Of a stretch of DNA of 64,000 bases, positions 50,443 to 58,701 are shown in pieces. Made by a program: the position numbers and the translations under genes. How positions within the stretch are numbered: the stretch's first letter is position 1; every line of letters begins with the position of its first letter. The notes beneath the pieces were generated by a model. The model saw only the letters and a list, made by a program, of their open reading frames with translations. It ran no database searches and was not told the origin of the DNA. The stretch spans positions 29,873-93,872 of the forward strand of contig JAJYEE010000001.1 in the NCBI GenBank assembly GCA_021790335.1, written 5' to 3'. The stretch comes from Pseudomonadota bacterium (GTDB lineage Bacteria > Pseudomonadota > Gammaproteobacteria > Acidiferrobacterales > UBA6901).

Positions 50443-51552
50443 ATGCATAAAGGTATCGTAAGGGTGCTGATCGCTGCGCTGATGTTCACGGTGGCCGGCA
50501 GCGCGTATGCCGATCGCATAAAGGACCTGACGACACTCGCAGGGGTCCGAAGCAATCATCTGATCGGTTACGGGCTGGTGGTGGGCCTGGACGGGACTGG
50601 CGACCAGACCACGCAGACTCCGTTTACGACCCAGAGTCTAGAAAGCATGCTCGCGCGCTTCGGCGTGAACGTTCCAGCCAACGTCAACCCACAGCTCAAA
50701 AATGTTGCCGCAGTGGTGGTGGACGCCGAGCTGCCGCCCTTCGCAAAGCCGGGCCAGTTCATAGATGTCACGGTGTCGTCGATCGGCAACGCCACCAGCC
50801 TGCGCGGAGGCGCGCTCCTGATGACCCCCTTGAAGGGCGCCGACGGCAGGGTCTACGCCATTGCGCAGGGCAACCTCGTGGTAGGGGGGTTCAGCGCGTC
50901 GGGCAAGGATGGATCAAAAATCGTGGTCAATATCCCGAGTGCCGGCACCATACCCGGTGGGGCGACGGTTGAGCGTGCCGTTCCGAACGGCTTCGCGCTG
51001 GGCGACAGCCTTACGCTTGACCTCAATACCGCCGATTTCACCACCGCGGAACGCATGTCCCAGGCTATCAACACTGCGATCGGTCCTGGAACTGCGATAC
51101 CGCTGGATGGCGACTCGGTGCGGGTTCAGGCGCCTGTGAACGTGGCACAGCGGGTCGCTTTCGTTTCTGTTATAGAGAACCTGAAGCTCCGTCCGGCGTC
51201 TCCGCCGGCGCGCGTCATCATCAATGCCCGAACCGGGACCATCGTCATCGGTCAGCATGTGCGTGTCACCGCAGCCGCGGTTGCGCATGGGGATCTGACT
51301 GTCACCATCACCGAACGTCCGCTGGTAAGCCAGCCGCCGCCTCTGTCCGGCGGTACGACCACGGTGGTGCCGAGATCCGAAGTGAAGGCGACGCAGCAGG
51401 GCAAGCGCATGTTTCTGTTCAAGCCCGGAGTGTCACTGGCCTCTATTGTTCGCGCCGTGAATCAGGTTGGTGCGGCGCCTGGTGACCTTGTGGCGATCCT
51501 GGAGGCTTTGCACGCTTCCGGTGCTTTGCGTGCCCAGCTGATTGTCATCTAG
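50443..51552 (+). CDS. flgI: flagellar P-ring protein FlgI
   Basis: Signal peptide [53 protein letters not shown] and C-terminal [18 protein letters not shown]. The ORF opens at 50386. Confidence 0.95.
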   Translation: MHKGIVRVLIAALMFTVAGSAYADRIKDLTTLAGVRSNHLIGYGLVVGLDGTGDQTTQTPFTTQSLESMLARFGVNVPANVNPQLKNVAAVVVDAELPPFAKPGQFIDVTVSSIGNATSLRGGALLMTPLKGADGRVYAIAQGNLVVGGFSASGKDGSKIVVNIPSAGTIPGGATVERAVPNGFALGDSLTLDLNTADFTTAERMSQAINTAIGPGTAIPLDGDSVRVQAPVNVAQRVAFVSVIENLKLRPASPPARVIINARTGTIVIGQHVRVTAAAVAHGDLTVTITERPLVSQPPPLSGGTTTVVPRSEVKATQQGKRMFLFKPGVSLASIVRAVNQVGAAPGDLVAILEALHASGALRAQLIVI

Positions 51553-51626
51553 CACCAACGGCTGCCTACGGATGATTGCCCGCTGCAAATGCGGTGATAC
51601 AGACCAGAAAGGACATCGCCAAGACC

Positions 51627-52508
51627 ATGGTTGATTCGATACCCGACGCAAGTGTCTACACTAGTCTCCAGGGCCTGGATCAGCTGAGTGCGGCTGTCAG
51701 GCGGGATGGCGACACCAAGCAGAATCTGCACGAAGTGGCTAGCCAGTTCGAGGCCCTGTTCACACAGATGATGCTCAAGAGCATGCGCAAGGCGAATTTC
51801 GGCGATCCGCTGTTCGGCGGAAAGCAGGTCAATTTCTACCAGGACCTGTATGACAATCAGCTTGCGCTTCTTCTTTCCCAAGGCCGCGGCCTGGGTCTGG
51901 CAGGCATGCTGGTCAAGCAGCTCGGCGGCGCGGCGCAGAGCTCGGGTAAGCCAGCGGCACCAATAAATACGAGTGGGTCGTCTGCGGACTCGTTTTCGGC
52001 GGTGGACCCCCAGAAATTTGTGCGCACACTGTGGCCCCAGGCCGTCCATGCTGCGCGTGCGGTCGGCGTGTCTCCGGCCGTGCTGCTTGCGCAGGCAGCG
52101 CACGAAACCGGATGGGGGCAGTCGATTGCGCAGATGCCAGATGGCACCTCCAGCTACAATCTCTTCGGCATCAAGGCTGATGCAAGTTGGAGCGGGCCTA
52201 GCGCCACTGTACCGACGTTCGAGTATGTGGACGGTGTGGCAAAGCGGGGCTCGGCCGCGTTCCGCGTGTACGGTTCCTACGCGCAAAGCTTCAGTGACTA
52301 TGTGCAGTTCCTGAAGGACAATCCGCGCTATACGCAGGCGCTGAAGAGTGCCAATGATCCGGCTGCTTTCGTCGACGCGCTGCAAAAGGCCGGCTACGCC
52401 ACGGATCCAGGCTATGCCCGCGAAATTCAGGCGGTACTGTCCGGAGGGACGCTGCGCAACGCGATTGCCAGCCTAAAGTCGACCGGAAAAATGCCGATAA
52501 AAGGATGA
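51627..52508 (+). CDS. flgJ: flagellar rod assembly protein/muramidase FlgJ
   Basis: Rod-binding N-terminus VASQFEALFTQMMLKSMRKA and a C-terminal glucosaminidase (AQAAHETGWGQS, YNLFGIKA). The start is uncertain: TTG at 51576 or ATG at 51627. Confidence 0.9.
   Translation: MVDSIPDASVYTSLQGLDQLSAAVRRDGDTKQNLHEVASQFEALFTQMMLKSMRKANFGDPLFGGKQVNFYQDLYDNQLALLLSQGRGLGLAGMLVKQLGGAAQSSGKPAAPINTSGSSADSFSAVDPQKFVRTLWPQAVHAARAVGVSPAVLLAQAAHETGWGQSIAQMPDGTSSYNLFGIKADASWSGPSATVPTFEYVDGVAKRGSAAFRVYGSYAQSFSDYVQFLKDNPRYTQALKSANDPAAFVDALQKAGYATDPGYAREIQAVLSGGTLRNAIASLKSTGKMPIKG
52474..52500 (+). promoter_or_regulatory. sigma28 promoter of flgK-flgL, embedded in the 3' end of flgJ
   Basis: TAAAGTCG-N11-GCCGATAA. 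The -10 element is a perfect match, 85 nt upstream of the flgK ATG. Confidence 0.7.
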
Positions 52509-52585
52509 GAAACCCAAAAATGTACTGCTTCCGCAGACCGACCCACGCAGCGGCGTCTAACATCGCTGCCACAGGAGTATGATCT

Positions 52586-54550
52586 ATGGCTGGCGGAGAC
52601 ATGCTCAGCGCCGCAGTATCGGGCCTGCTCGCGTTTCAGACGGAGATGGCGACCGTCAGCAACAATATCGCCAACGTCAATACGCCGGGCTACAGCCGTG
52701 AGCGTGTGCAACTCACACCCAGCGCCCCGCAATTCACCGGGGCCGGCTACATCGGTACCGGCGTGCAGGTGTCGACCATCCAGCGGGTCTACGACCAGTA
52801 TCTGACCGGCCAGCTGAACAGCGCCACCTCGGCCAACAGCCAATTGCAGAATTATTATCAGCTTGCCACCCAGGTCGGCAATTTGCTTGCCGACCCACAG
52901 GCGGGGCTCTCTCCCAACCTGCAAAGCTTTTTCAACGCTGTTCAAGGGGTGGCCAACGACCCTTCATCCACGTCCGCGCGCCAGGTCATGCTCAGCCAGG
53001 GCCAGTCGCTCGTAAGCAACTTTCACTACCTGGACAGCCAGCTCTCCAGCCTAGACAGTGGTGTCAACACCCAGATCAGCACTAGCGTCAATCAGATCAA
53101 CAGTCTTGCCAGTTCCATTGCCAAGCTGAATGGCCAGATTGAGCAACTTCAGGGCACAGCGGGAGGCCAGTCGCCAAACACCCTGCTCGACCAGCGTGAC
53201 GAGCTTATCAACCAGCTCTCGCAACAAGTCGCGGTCTCAACGGTGCCGCAAAGCGACGGCTCGGTCAGCGTGTTTATCGGAACCGGCCAGATGCTCGTCG
53301 TCGGCACGAACACAAGCGCCCTCAGTGCGGTCGCTAACCCCTACGATGCGACACGCTCTGAGGTCGGCTATACCGTCGGAGGCACGACTACCGTTATTTC
53401 GAATCAAATCACCGGCGGGACGCTCGGCGGTGTGCTGGCGTTTCGCGATCAGGTCCTTAATCCATCTGAAAATGCACTGGGACAGGTCGCGATCGGTCTG
53501 GCATCCGGTTTCAATGCCCAGAACCGTCTGGGGATGGACCTCAACGGAAATATCAACCAGAATTTCTTCAATACCATCGATGTCTCGAGTCCGAAGGTGC
53601 TCGCAAGTAGCACCAATACCGGATCGCCGCCGGCGACAATCAGCGCCACAGTCACAAACGTCTCTGCGCTTACGGCCAGTGACTATCGCCTGGACCGTAC
53701 CGCCACGGGCTACACGCTCACAAGGCTGTCTGACAACAGCGTCACAAATCTTACGACCTTTCCGGGCGCAGCCCAGACGGTCGATGGCGTCACTTTGAGC
53801 CTCACGGCGGGGAACATCGCCGTGGGCGATAGTTTCATGATCGAGCCCACGCGCACTGCGGCGGCCGATATCGGTGTTGCAATATCGAATACCAGCCAGA
53901 TTGCAGCGGCGGCACCGATCAGTACGGCTGTAGCTACCGATGCCAGCGGTGTGCCGACCAACCAGGGTACGGGCGCAATCAGCGCCGGCAGCGTTACCAA
54001 CACCACGAATCTGCCTCTGTCCGGGGATATCGCACTCACCTACGATGCAACAACCCAGCAGTTCAACGTCACCGGAGGCCCAGGCGGCACGCTTTCCTAT
54101 AATTCCACCACTGACAGCGGCGGCAAGCAGTTCAGTTTTCCCGGGTATGGGGGCATTACCTTCACTATATCCGGGGTGCCCGCCAACGGCGACAGCTTTG
54201 TTATTTCCAATAACAGCAATGCTGTCAGCGACAACCGCAACGCGCTCGCCCTCGCGGGGTTGGCCACGCAATCAACGCTGGCTAATGGGACAGCAAGTTA
54301 CAACGGTGCCTATAGCAATCTCATCGCCAATGTCGGCACCCAGACGCAGAATGCCGATACCAGCAGCACCGCCCAGAAGGCAGTACTCCATCAGGTGACC
54401 CAGGAGCAAAACTCGGTATCTGGCGTCAATCTTGACCAGGAGGCGGCCAATCTGGTGCAGTTCCAGCAGGCCTATCAGGCTGCGGCGCAGATGATCTCCA
54501 CTTCGTCGACTCTGTTCCAGAGTCTGCTCGCGGCTGTCGGAGGGCACTGA
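52586..54550 (+). CDS. flgK: flagellar hook-associated protein 1 FlgK
   Basis: RBS AGGAG 9 nt upstream. VSNNIANVNTPGYSRE and C-terminal SGVNLDQEAANLVQFQQAYQAAAQM. 654 aa. Confidence 0.95.
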   Translation: MAGGDMLSAAVSGLLAFQTEMATVSNNIANVNTPGYSRERVQLTPSAPQFTGAGYIGTGVQVSTIQRVYDQYLTGQLNSATSANSQLQNYYQLATQVGNLLADPQAGLSPNLQSFFNAVQGVANDPSSTSARQVMLSQGQSLVSNFHYLDSQLSSLDSGVNTQISTSVNQINSLASSIAKLNGQIEQLQGTAGGQSPNTLLDQRDELINQLSQQVAVSTVPQSDGSVSVFIGTGQMLVVGTNTSALSAVANPYDATRSEVGYTVGGTTTVISNQITGGTLGGVLAFRDQVLNPSENALGQVAIGLASGFNAQNRLGMDLNGNINQNFFNTIDVSSPKVLASSTNTGSPPATISATVTNVSALTASDYRLDRTATGYTLTRLSDNSVTNLTTFPGAAQTVDGVTLSLTAGNIAVGDSFMIEPTRTAAADIGVAISNTSQIAAAAPISTAVATDASGVPTNQGTGAISAGSVTNTTNLPLSGDIALTYDATTQQFNVTGGPGGTLSYNSTTDSGGKQFSFPGYGGITFTISGVPANGDSFVISNNSNAVSDNRNALALAGLATQSTLANGTASYNGAYSNLIANVGTQTQNADTSSTAQKAVLHQVTQEQNSVSGVNLDQEAANLVQFQQAYQAAAQMISTSSTLFQSLLAAVGGH

Positions 54551-54553
54551 TCG

Positions 54554-55762
54554 ATGCGAATCTCCACCAGCCAGATCTACGACCAGAGCGTCAATGCGAT
54601 ACTGACCGAGCAGAGTCAGCTGAACCAGACCGAACTGCAGCTTTCAAGCGGGAAGAGTATTCTGACGCCGGCGGACAATCCGTCCGGGTCGGCCCAGATA
54701 CTGAATCTCAATCAGTCCATGGCCATGACCGCCCAGTTCCAGACCAACGCCAGCGCGGCGAACGCGCGTCTCAGTCTGGAGGACAGCACGCTTACGAGTG
54801 TCACCAATCTGCTGCAGAGTCTGCGTTCGCTGGCGGTGCAGGCGAACAACGCCACGCAGACGAACAGCTCGCGCGCCGCCATTGCGCAGCAGGTAAGCCA
54901 GGGACTGCAGCAGCTTGTGGCGCTGGCGAATACGCAGGACGCCAACGGCGAATATATCTTCGCGGGCTATCAGGGAAAAAGTCAGCCGTTCATTACGGAT
55001 CCTGCCGGAAACGTCGTCTATAACGGCGGCCAGAACAGCCGCTATCTGCAGATCGGTCCGACCACGCAGGTCGCTTTCGGCGACACGGGCAGCGCGGTGT
55101 TCCAGGCCGTGCGCAACGGTAACGGTACCTTCGTGACGGCAGCCAGCCCGTCGAACACGGGCTCGGGCGTGATAGATACCGGAGGCACCACCGGGAAATT
55201 CGTGCCCGATACCTACACCATCGCTTTCAGTCAGGCGACGTCGACTAGTCCGGTCACCTATACCGTCACCGGTGCGGTGAGCGGCGTTGTGGCGAGCGGC
55301 ACCTATACCAGCGGCAACAACATCAGCTTCAATGGTGCCCAGGTGAGCATCAGCGGCACACCAGCCAATGGTGACAGTTTCACGGTCGCGCCGAGCCAGA
55401 ATCAGAGCATGTTTGCGACGCTGCAGAATTTCGTCAGCGCGCTCAGTGCCAATGTCGCCAGCCCGGCCGATCAGGCGCAGGTCAGCACCAGTCTCACCCG
55501 TACGATATCCGAGCTCGATCAAAGCCTGAACAACATCAATCAGACGCTCGCGCAGGTTGGATCGCGGCTCAATACGGTAACCAGCCAGCAGAATACCAAC
55601 CAGAGCTACAGCAATGGCCTGCAGCAGACGCTTTCCGGTGTCCAGGACCTGAATTACGCGTCGGCCATCAGTCAGCTGAGCCAGGAGCAGCTCGCGTTGC
55701 AGGCCGCCCAAGAGGCCTTCGCCAAGGTTCAGGGAATGTCACTGTTCAATTATCTGCGCTGA
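54554..55762 (+). CDS. flgL: flagellar hook-associated protein 3 FlgL
   Basis: MRISTSQIYDQSVNAILTEQSQL and a flagellin-like C-terminus (DLNYASAISQLSQEQLALQAAQEAFAKV). Confidence 0.9.
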   Translation: MRISTSQIYDQSVNAILTEQSQLNQTELQLSSGKSILTPADNPSGSAQILNLNQSMAMTAQFQTNASAANARLSLEDSTLTSVTNLLQSLRSLAVQANNATQTNSSRAAIAQQVSQGLQQLVALANTQDANGEYIFAGYQGKSQPFITDPAGNVVYNGGQNSRYLQIGPTTQVAFGDTGSAVFQAVRNGNGTFVTAASPSNTGSGVIDTGGTTGKFVPDTYTIAFSQATSTSPVTYTVTGAVSGVVASGTYTSGNNISFNGAQVSISGTPANGDSFTVAPSQNQSMFATLQNFVSALSANVASPADQAQVSTSLTRTISELDQSLNNINQTLAQVGSRLNTVTSQQNTNQSYSNGLQQTLSGVQDLNYASAISQLSQEQLALQAAQEAFAKVQGMSLFNYLR

Positions 55763-55868
55763 AACGCCGCGCGGCGAGCCCGTGGCATCCTGATGAACCG
55801 GCAGAGAATGATTCAAGATTTTGATTTTACTGTACAAATACCCCGATTTTTCTGTTTTTCCCCGGCAC

Positions 55869-55895
55869 TAAAGTTTTCCTCCTAGGCTCCGATAA
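55869..55895 (+). promoter_or_regulatory. sigma28 promoter of fliC
   Basis: TAAAGTTT-N11-TCCGATAA, 109 nt upstream of the fliC ATG. Confidence 0.8.
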
Positions 55896-56004
55896 CTTAT
55901 CCGGAAGCGGTGGTATTCCGGCCCCGCCAAAACCGGGAGCCGGATGTACCCCGCCAGAACCCAAACCGCTCCGGGCCGTTGCCCGGAGTTCAAGGAGAAG
56001 ACTC

Positions 56005-58149
56005 ATGCCATTAGTCATTAATACCAACATGCTGTCGCTCAATGCCCAGACCAATCTGACCAATACCCAAGGCGCACTGGCGACGGCAATGCAGCGCCTG
56101 TCCTCGGGTCTGCGTATCAACAGCGCCGCCGACGACCCGGCCGGCCTAGCGATTGCCAATCTGCTGACCACGCAGGTTAACGGCCTAAACCAGGCGGTCC
56201 AGAACGTCAACAACGCCACGTCGCTTTCCCAGACCGCCGACGGCGCCCTGACCCAGATCACGAACGCCCTGCAGACTGTCCGCCAGCTCGCCGTGGAATC
56301 GGCCAACGCCTCCAATTCCCCGACCGACCGCGCGGCACTCAATCAGGAAGTGCAGCAGCAAATCGCGGAAATCAACCAGATCGCGACCCAGACCTCGTTC
56401 AACGGCCAGAATCTTCTCGACGGCAGCTTCGGAAACGCCCAGTTTCAGGTGGGTGCCAATGCCGGCCAGACCATCAGTGTCAATCTGACTACGGGTGTGC
56501 GGACCGATCAGATCGGCCAGATCGCCGATGCCACCGGCACGGCGGTATCGACGACAGCACTGGGCGGGACCGAGACGATACAGATCGGCAGCAGCCCGGC
56601 CATGACCATCGCCGCATCGGTTGCCGGACCGGCAGGCGCCGCCGCCGGCGAGACGTCCTACAGTGCGTTCGCCAAGGCTGCGGCGATCAACAACTCCGGC
56701 GTCCAGGGGCTGACCGCAACGGCCAGCACCAGCGAGACCACAGCCTTCACGACGACCTCCGGGAACTCGGGCAACACCTATAACCTGACCATCAACGGCC
56801 AGACCATCTACTCGAACTACGATCTGTACGGCAACGGCCCGCTCACGGGAAGTGACGTCGCGAACCAGATCAACACCTACTCGAACTCGACCGGTGTTAC
56901 CGCTACGTTCAATTCTGCCAGCGGTCAAATGACGCTTTCCGCGGCGGATGGACGCGACATCATCGCAAACCAGACCCTGGGCGGTGGTGCCACGGGTGGG
57001 GCTGCGAATCTGGGCAGCCTGGTGGGCGGCACAACCGCCAGCAACAACTGGGCATCGGCGTTCACCACCGTCACCGGTCTCGGAACGAACGACTTTTACG
57101 TGACCGTCAATGGCACCAATATCACCGTTGCCCCTACGGGCGGCTCGGTCACTGGATCTGCTGTTGCATCGGCGATCAACGCCAATGCCACGCTGGCAGC
57201 AGCCGGTGTCACGGCAAGCTACGATTCGGCCTCTGGCAACCTCACGCTCTCGTCAAAGAGCGGGGCTGCGATCACGGCGGCGGAAGGCGTGCCAAGCGGG
57301 GCCAGCGGCGGCGACCCCACCTGGAGTCCGATCGTGCGGTCGTCGCCGTTCAGCGCTGTGTCCGGACTCACCGCGACGGATTCGTACTCGGTGGGAACCA
57401 TCAATGGCAAGAACATCACTGTCGCTGCCGACGCGAGTGGCCAGATCACGGCTTCCGAGCTTGCAACCGCGATCAATGGCACGGCTGGAGTGAATGTTGT
57501 CGCGAGCGTTGATTCCAGCGGCAATATCGTGCTGACCTCGACGAACGCCCAGTCCATCACCGCAGCCTTCGGGTCTTCCAGCGCCACCGGCACCTATGCC
57601 AGCGGAGAGATCTACAACATCACTGCTGCTGCTACATTCTCGACGACCGCAGGAGCCAGTGGCTGGACCAACACGGCGGCAGGTACGGGTGGTGCCACCG
57701 CGGTCGGCGGTGACGTGACGGGAACGCTGTCTTTGAGCGCTACCAACAACATCGTGATCTCCGGCCAGGCCAACGACCTCGGTTTCGGGGGCTCGTCGGG
57801 AACGGCAGCCAACTACACCATTGCCCAGGACGCTACGACGCTGAGCAACGTCAATGTGTCGACAGTGGCGGCCGCCAATGACGCGATCAAGCGTGTGGAT
57901 TCGGCGTTGCAGTCGGTCGACAACCTGCAGGCGACTTTCGGTGCCATTCAGAACCGCTTCCAGCTGATTTCCGCCAATCTTCAGACGGCGGTGGACAACC
58001 AGACGGCGGCGCGCAGCAACGTTCAGGATGCGAACTTCGCGGCCGAGACGGCCAACCTGACTCGTGCCGAAGTGCTGCAGCAGGCGGGCATTGCGATGCT
58101 GGCCCAGGCCAACGCGCAGCCGCAAACGATTCTGGCTCTGTTGAAATAA
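56005..58149 (+). CDS. fliC: flagellin (unusually long, 714 aa, with tandem flagellin-IN-type repeats)
   Basis: D0/D1 termini MPLVINTNMLSLNAQTNL...LSSGLRINSAADDPAG and FGAIQNRFQLISANLQ...LAQANAQPQTILALLK. RBS AAGGAGAAG. The central ~430 aa are Thr/Ser/Gly/Ala-rich with repeats. Confidence 0.95.
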   Translation: MPLVINTNMLSLNAQTNLTNTQGALATAMQRLSSGLRINSAADDPAGLAIANLLTTQVNGLNQAVQNVNNATSLSQTADGALTQITNALQTVRQLAVESANASNSPTDRAALNQEVQQQIAEINQIATQTSFNGQNLLDGSFGNAQFQVGANAGQTISVNLTTGVRTDQIGQIADATGTAVSTTALGGTETIQIGSSPAMTIAASVAGPAGAAAGETSYSAFAKAAAINNSGVQGLTATASTSETTAFTTTSGNSGNTYNLTINGQTIYSNYDLYGNGPLTGSDVANQINTYSNSTGVTATFNSASGQMTLSAADGRDIIANQTLGGGATGGAANLGSLVGGTTASNNWASAFTTVTGLGTNDFYVTVNGTNITVAPTGGSVTGSAVASAINANATLAAAGVTASYDSASGNLTLSSKSGAAITAAEGVPSGASGGDPTWSPIVRSSPFSAVSGLTATDSYSVGTINGKNITVAADASGQITASELATAINGTAGVNVVASVDSSGNIVLTSTNAQSITAAFGSSSATGTYASGEIYNITAAATFSTTAGASGWTNTAAGTGGATAVGGDVTGTLSLSATNNIVISGQANDLGFGGSSGTAANYTIAQDATTLSNVNVSTVAAANDAIKRVDSALQSVDNLQATFGAIQNRFQLISANLQTAVDNQTAARSNVQDANFAAETANLTRAEVLQQAGIAMLAQANAQPQTILALLK

Positions 58150-58208
58150 GGCAGAGTAGCCGTAGGAGACGTTAAAGACGGGGATGTCGCAGCAAGTAGT
58201 GAGGCCTC

Positions 58209-58236
58209 AGCCCGGAGCACACCAGTGCTCTGGGCT
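58209..58236 (+). terminator. stem-loop 60 nt downstream of the fliC stop (possible terminator or stabiliser)
   Basis: AGCCCGGAGCAC-ACCA-GTGCTCTGGGCT forms a 12-bp stem with one G.U pair. No U-tract follows. Confidence 0.4.
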
Positions 58237-58266
58237 GACGGCCGTAGTCCCTGAAGGAGCGAGACC

Positions 58267-58620
58267 ATGCCTATAGATCCCGTCAGTCAGCCGCCGAATG
58301 CCGCAGCGCCGCCGAACGTGGCAACCGGGCTGCCGCGGCAAGAATTGCCGGGCAGCGGCCAGATGTCTCCGCCCGCTTTGCCGCGGAACCAGCCCAGTAC
58401 TGCCGATCTGGCGCAGGCTGTCGATCATCTGAACGGGTACGTACAGAACATGCAGCGCGAACTCGAGTTCCGGGTGGACCGCCAGACTCACCAGGTTGTC
58501 GTCACGGTCGTGGATTCACAGACCCACCAGGTCATTCGCCAGATTCCTTCAGAGGAAGTCATAGCCATCGCGCATGCGCTCGACGGAGTTCAGGGGCTGA
58601 TTGTGCGGACTAAGGCGTAA
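58267..58620 (+). CDS. flaG: flagellar protein FlaG
   Basis: 117 aa with ELEFRVDRQTHQVVVTVVDSQTHQVIRQIPSEEVIAIA, the FlaG signature region. Located between fliC and fliD. Confidence 0.85.
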   Translation: MPIDPVSQPPNAAAPPNVATGLPRQELPGSGQMSPPALPRNQPSTADLAQAVDHLNGYVQNMQRELEFRVDRQTHQVVVTVVDSQTHQVIRQIPSEEVIAIAHALDGVQGLIVRTKA

Positions 58621-58622
58621 GT

Positions 58623-58638
58623 TGGTCTCTTTCTTGCA
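58623..58638 (+). promoter_or_regulatory. candidate sigma54 promoter of fliD-fliS
   Basis: TGGTCT-CTTTC-TTGCA has correct GG-N10-GC spacing and a perfect -12 TTGCA. 64 nt before the fliD ATG. Confidence 0.5.
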
Positions 58639-58701
58639 TTTGGCTACAAAGACTGGCACACCCGCGATACCCGGGTAACTGCCGAGCGAGGGTCCCATAT
58701 C

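Noticed and set aside
55812-55825. TTCAAGATTTTGAT upstream of the fliC promoter, considered as a FleQ box (GTCAATNNATTGAC-like)
   Set aside because: Only about 9 of 12 specified positions match. fliC already has a strong sigma28 promoter. The evidence is not enough to call it.
53237-58125. Long minus-strand ORFs inside flgK, flgL and fliC (53237-54271, 54644-55711, 56185-56928, 57253-58125), and 60130-60879 inside fliD
   Set aside because: They are shadow ORFs opposite Thr/Ser/Gly/Ala-rich flagellar genes, whose biased codons suppress antisense stops. Their products are Arg/Gly/Asp-rich nonsense.
58150-58266. TAAAGACG at about 58173, considered as a sigma28 promoter for flaG
   Set aside because: The -10 partner at the correct spacing reads GCAAGTAG, a poor match to GCCGATAA. 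flaG is more likely read through from fliC or has an unrecognised promoter.
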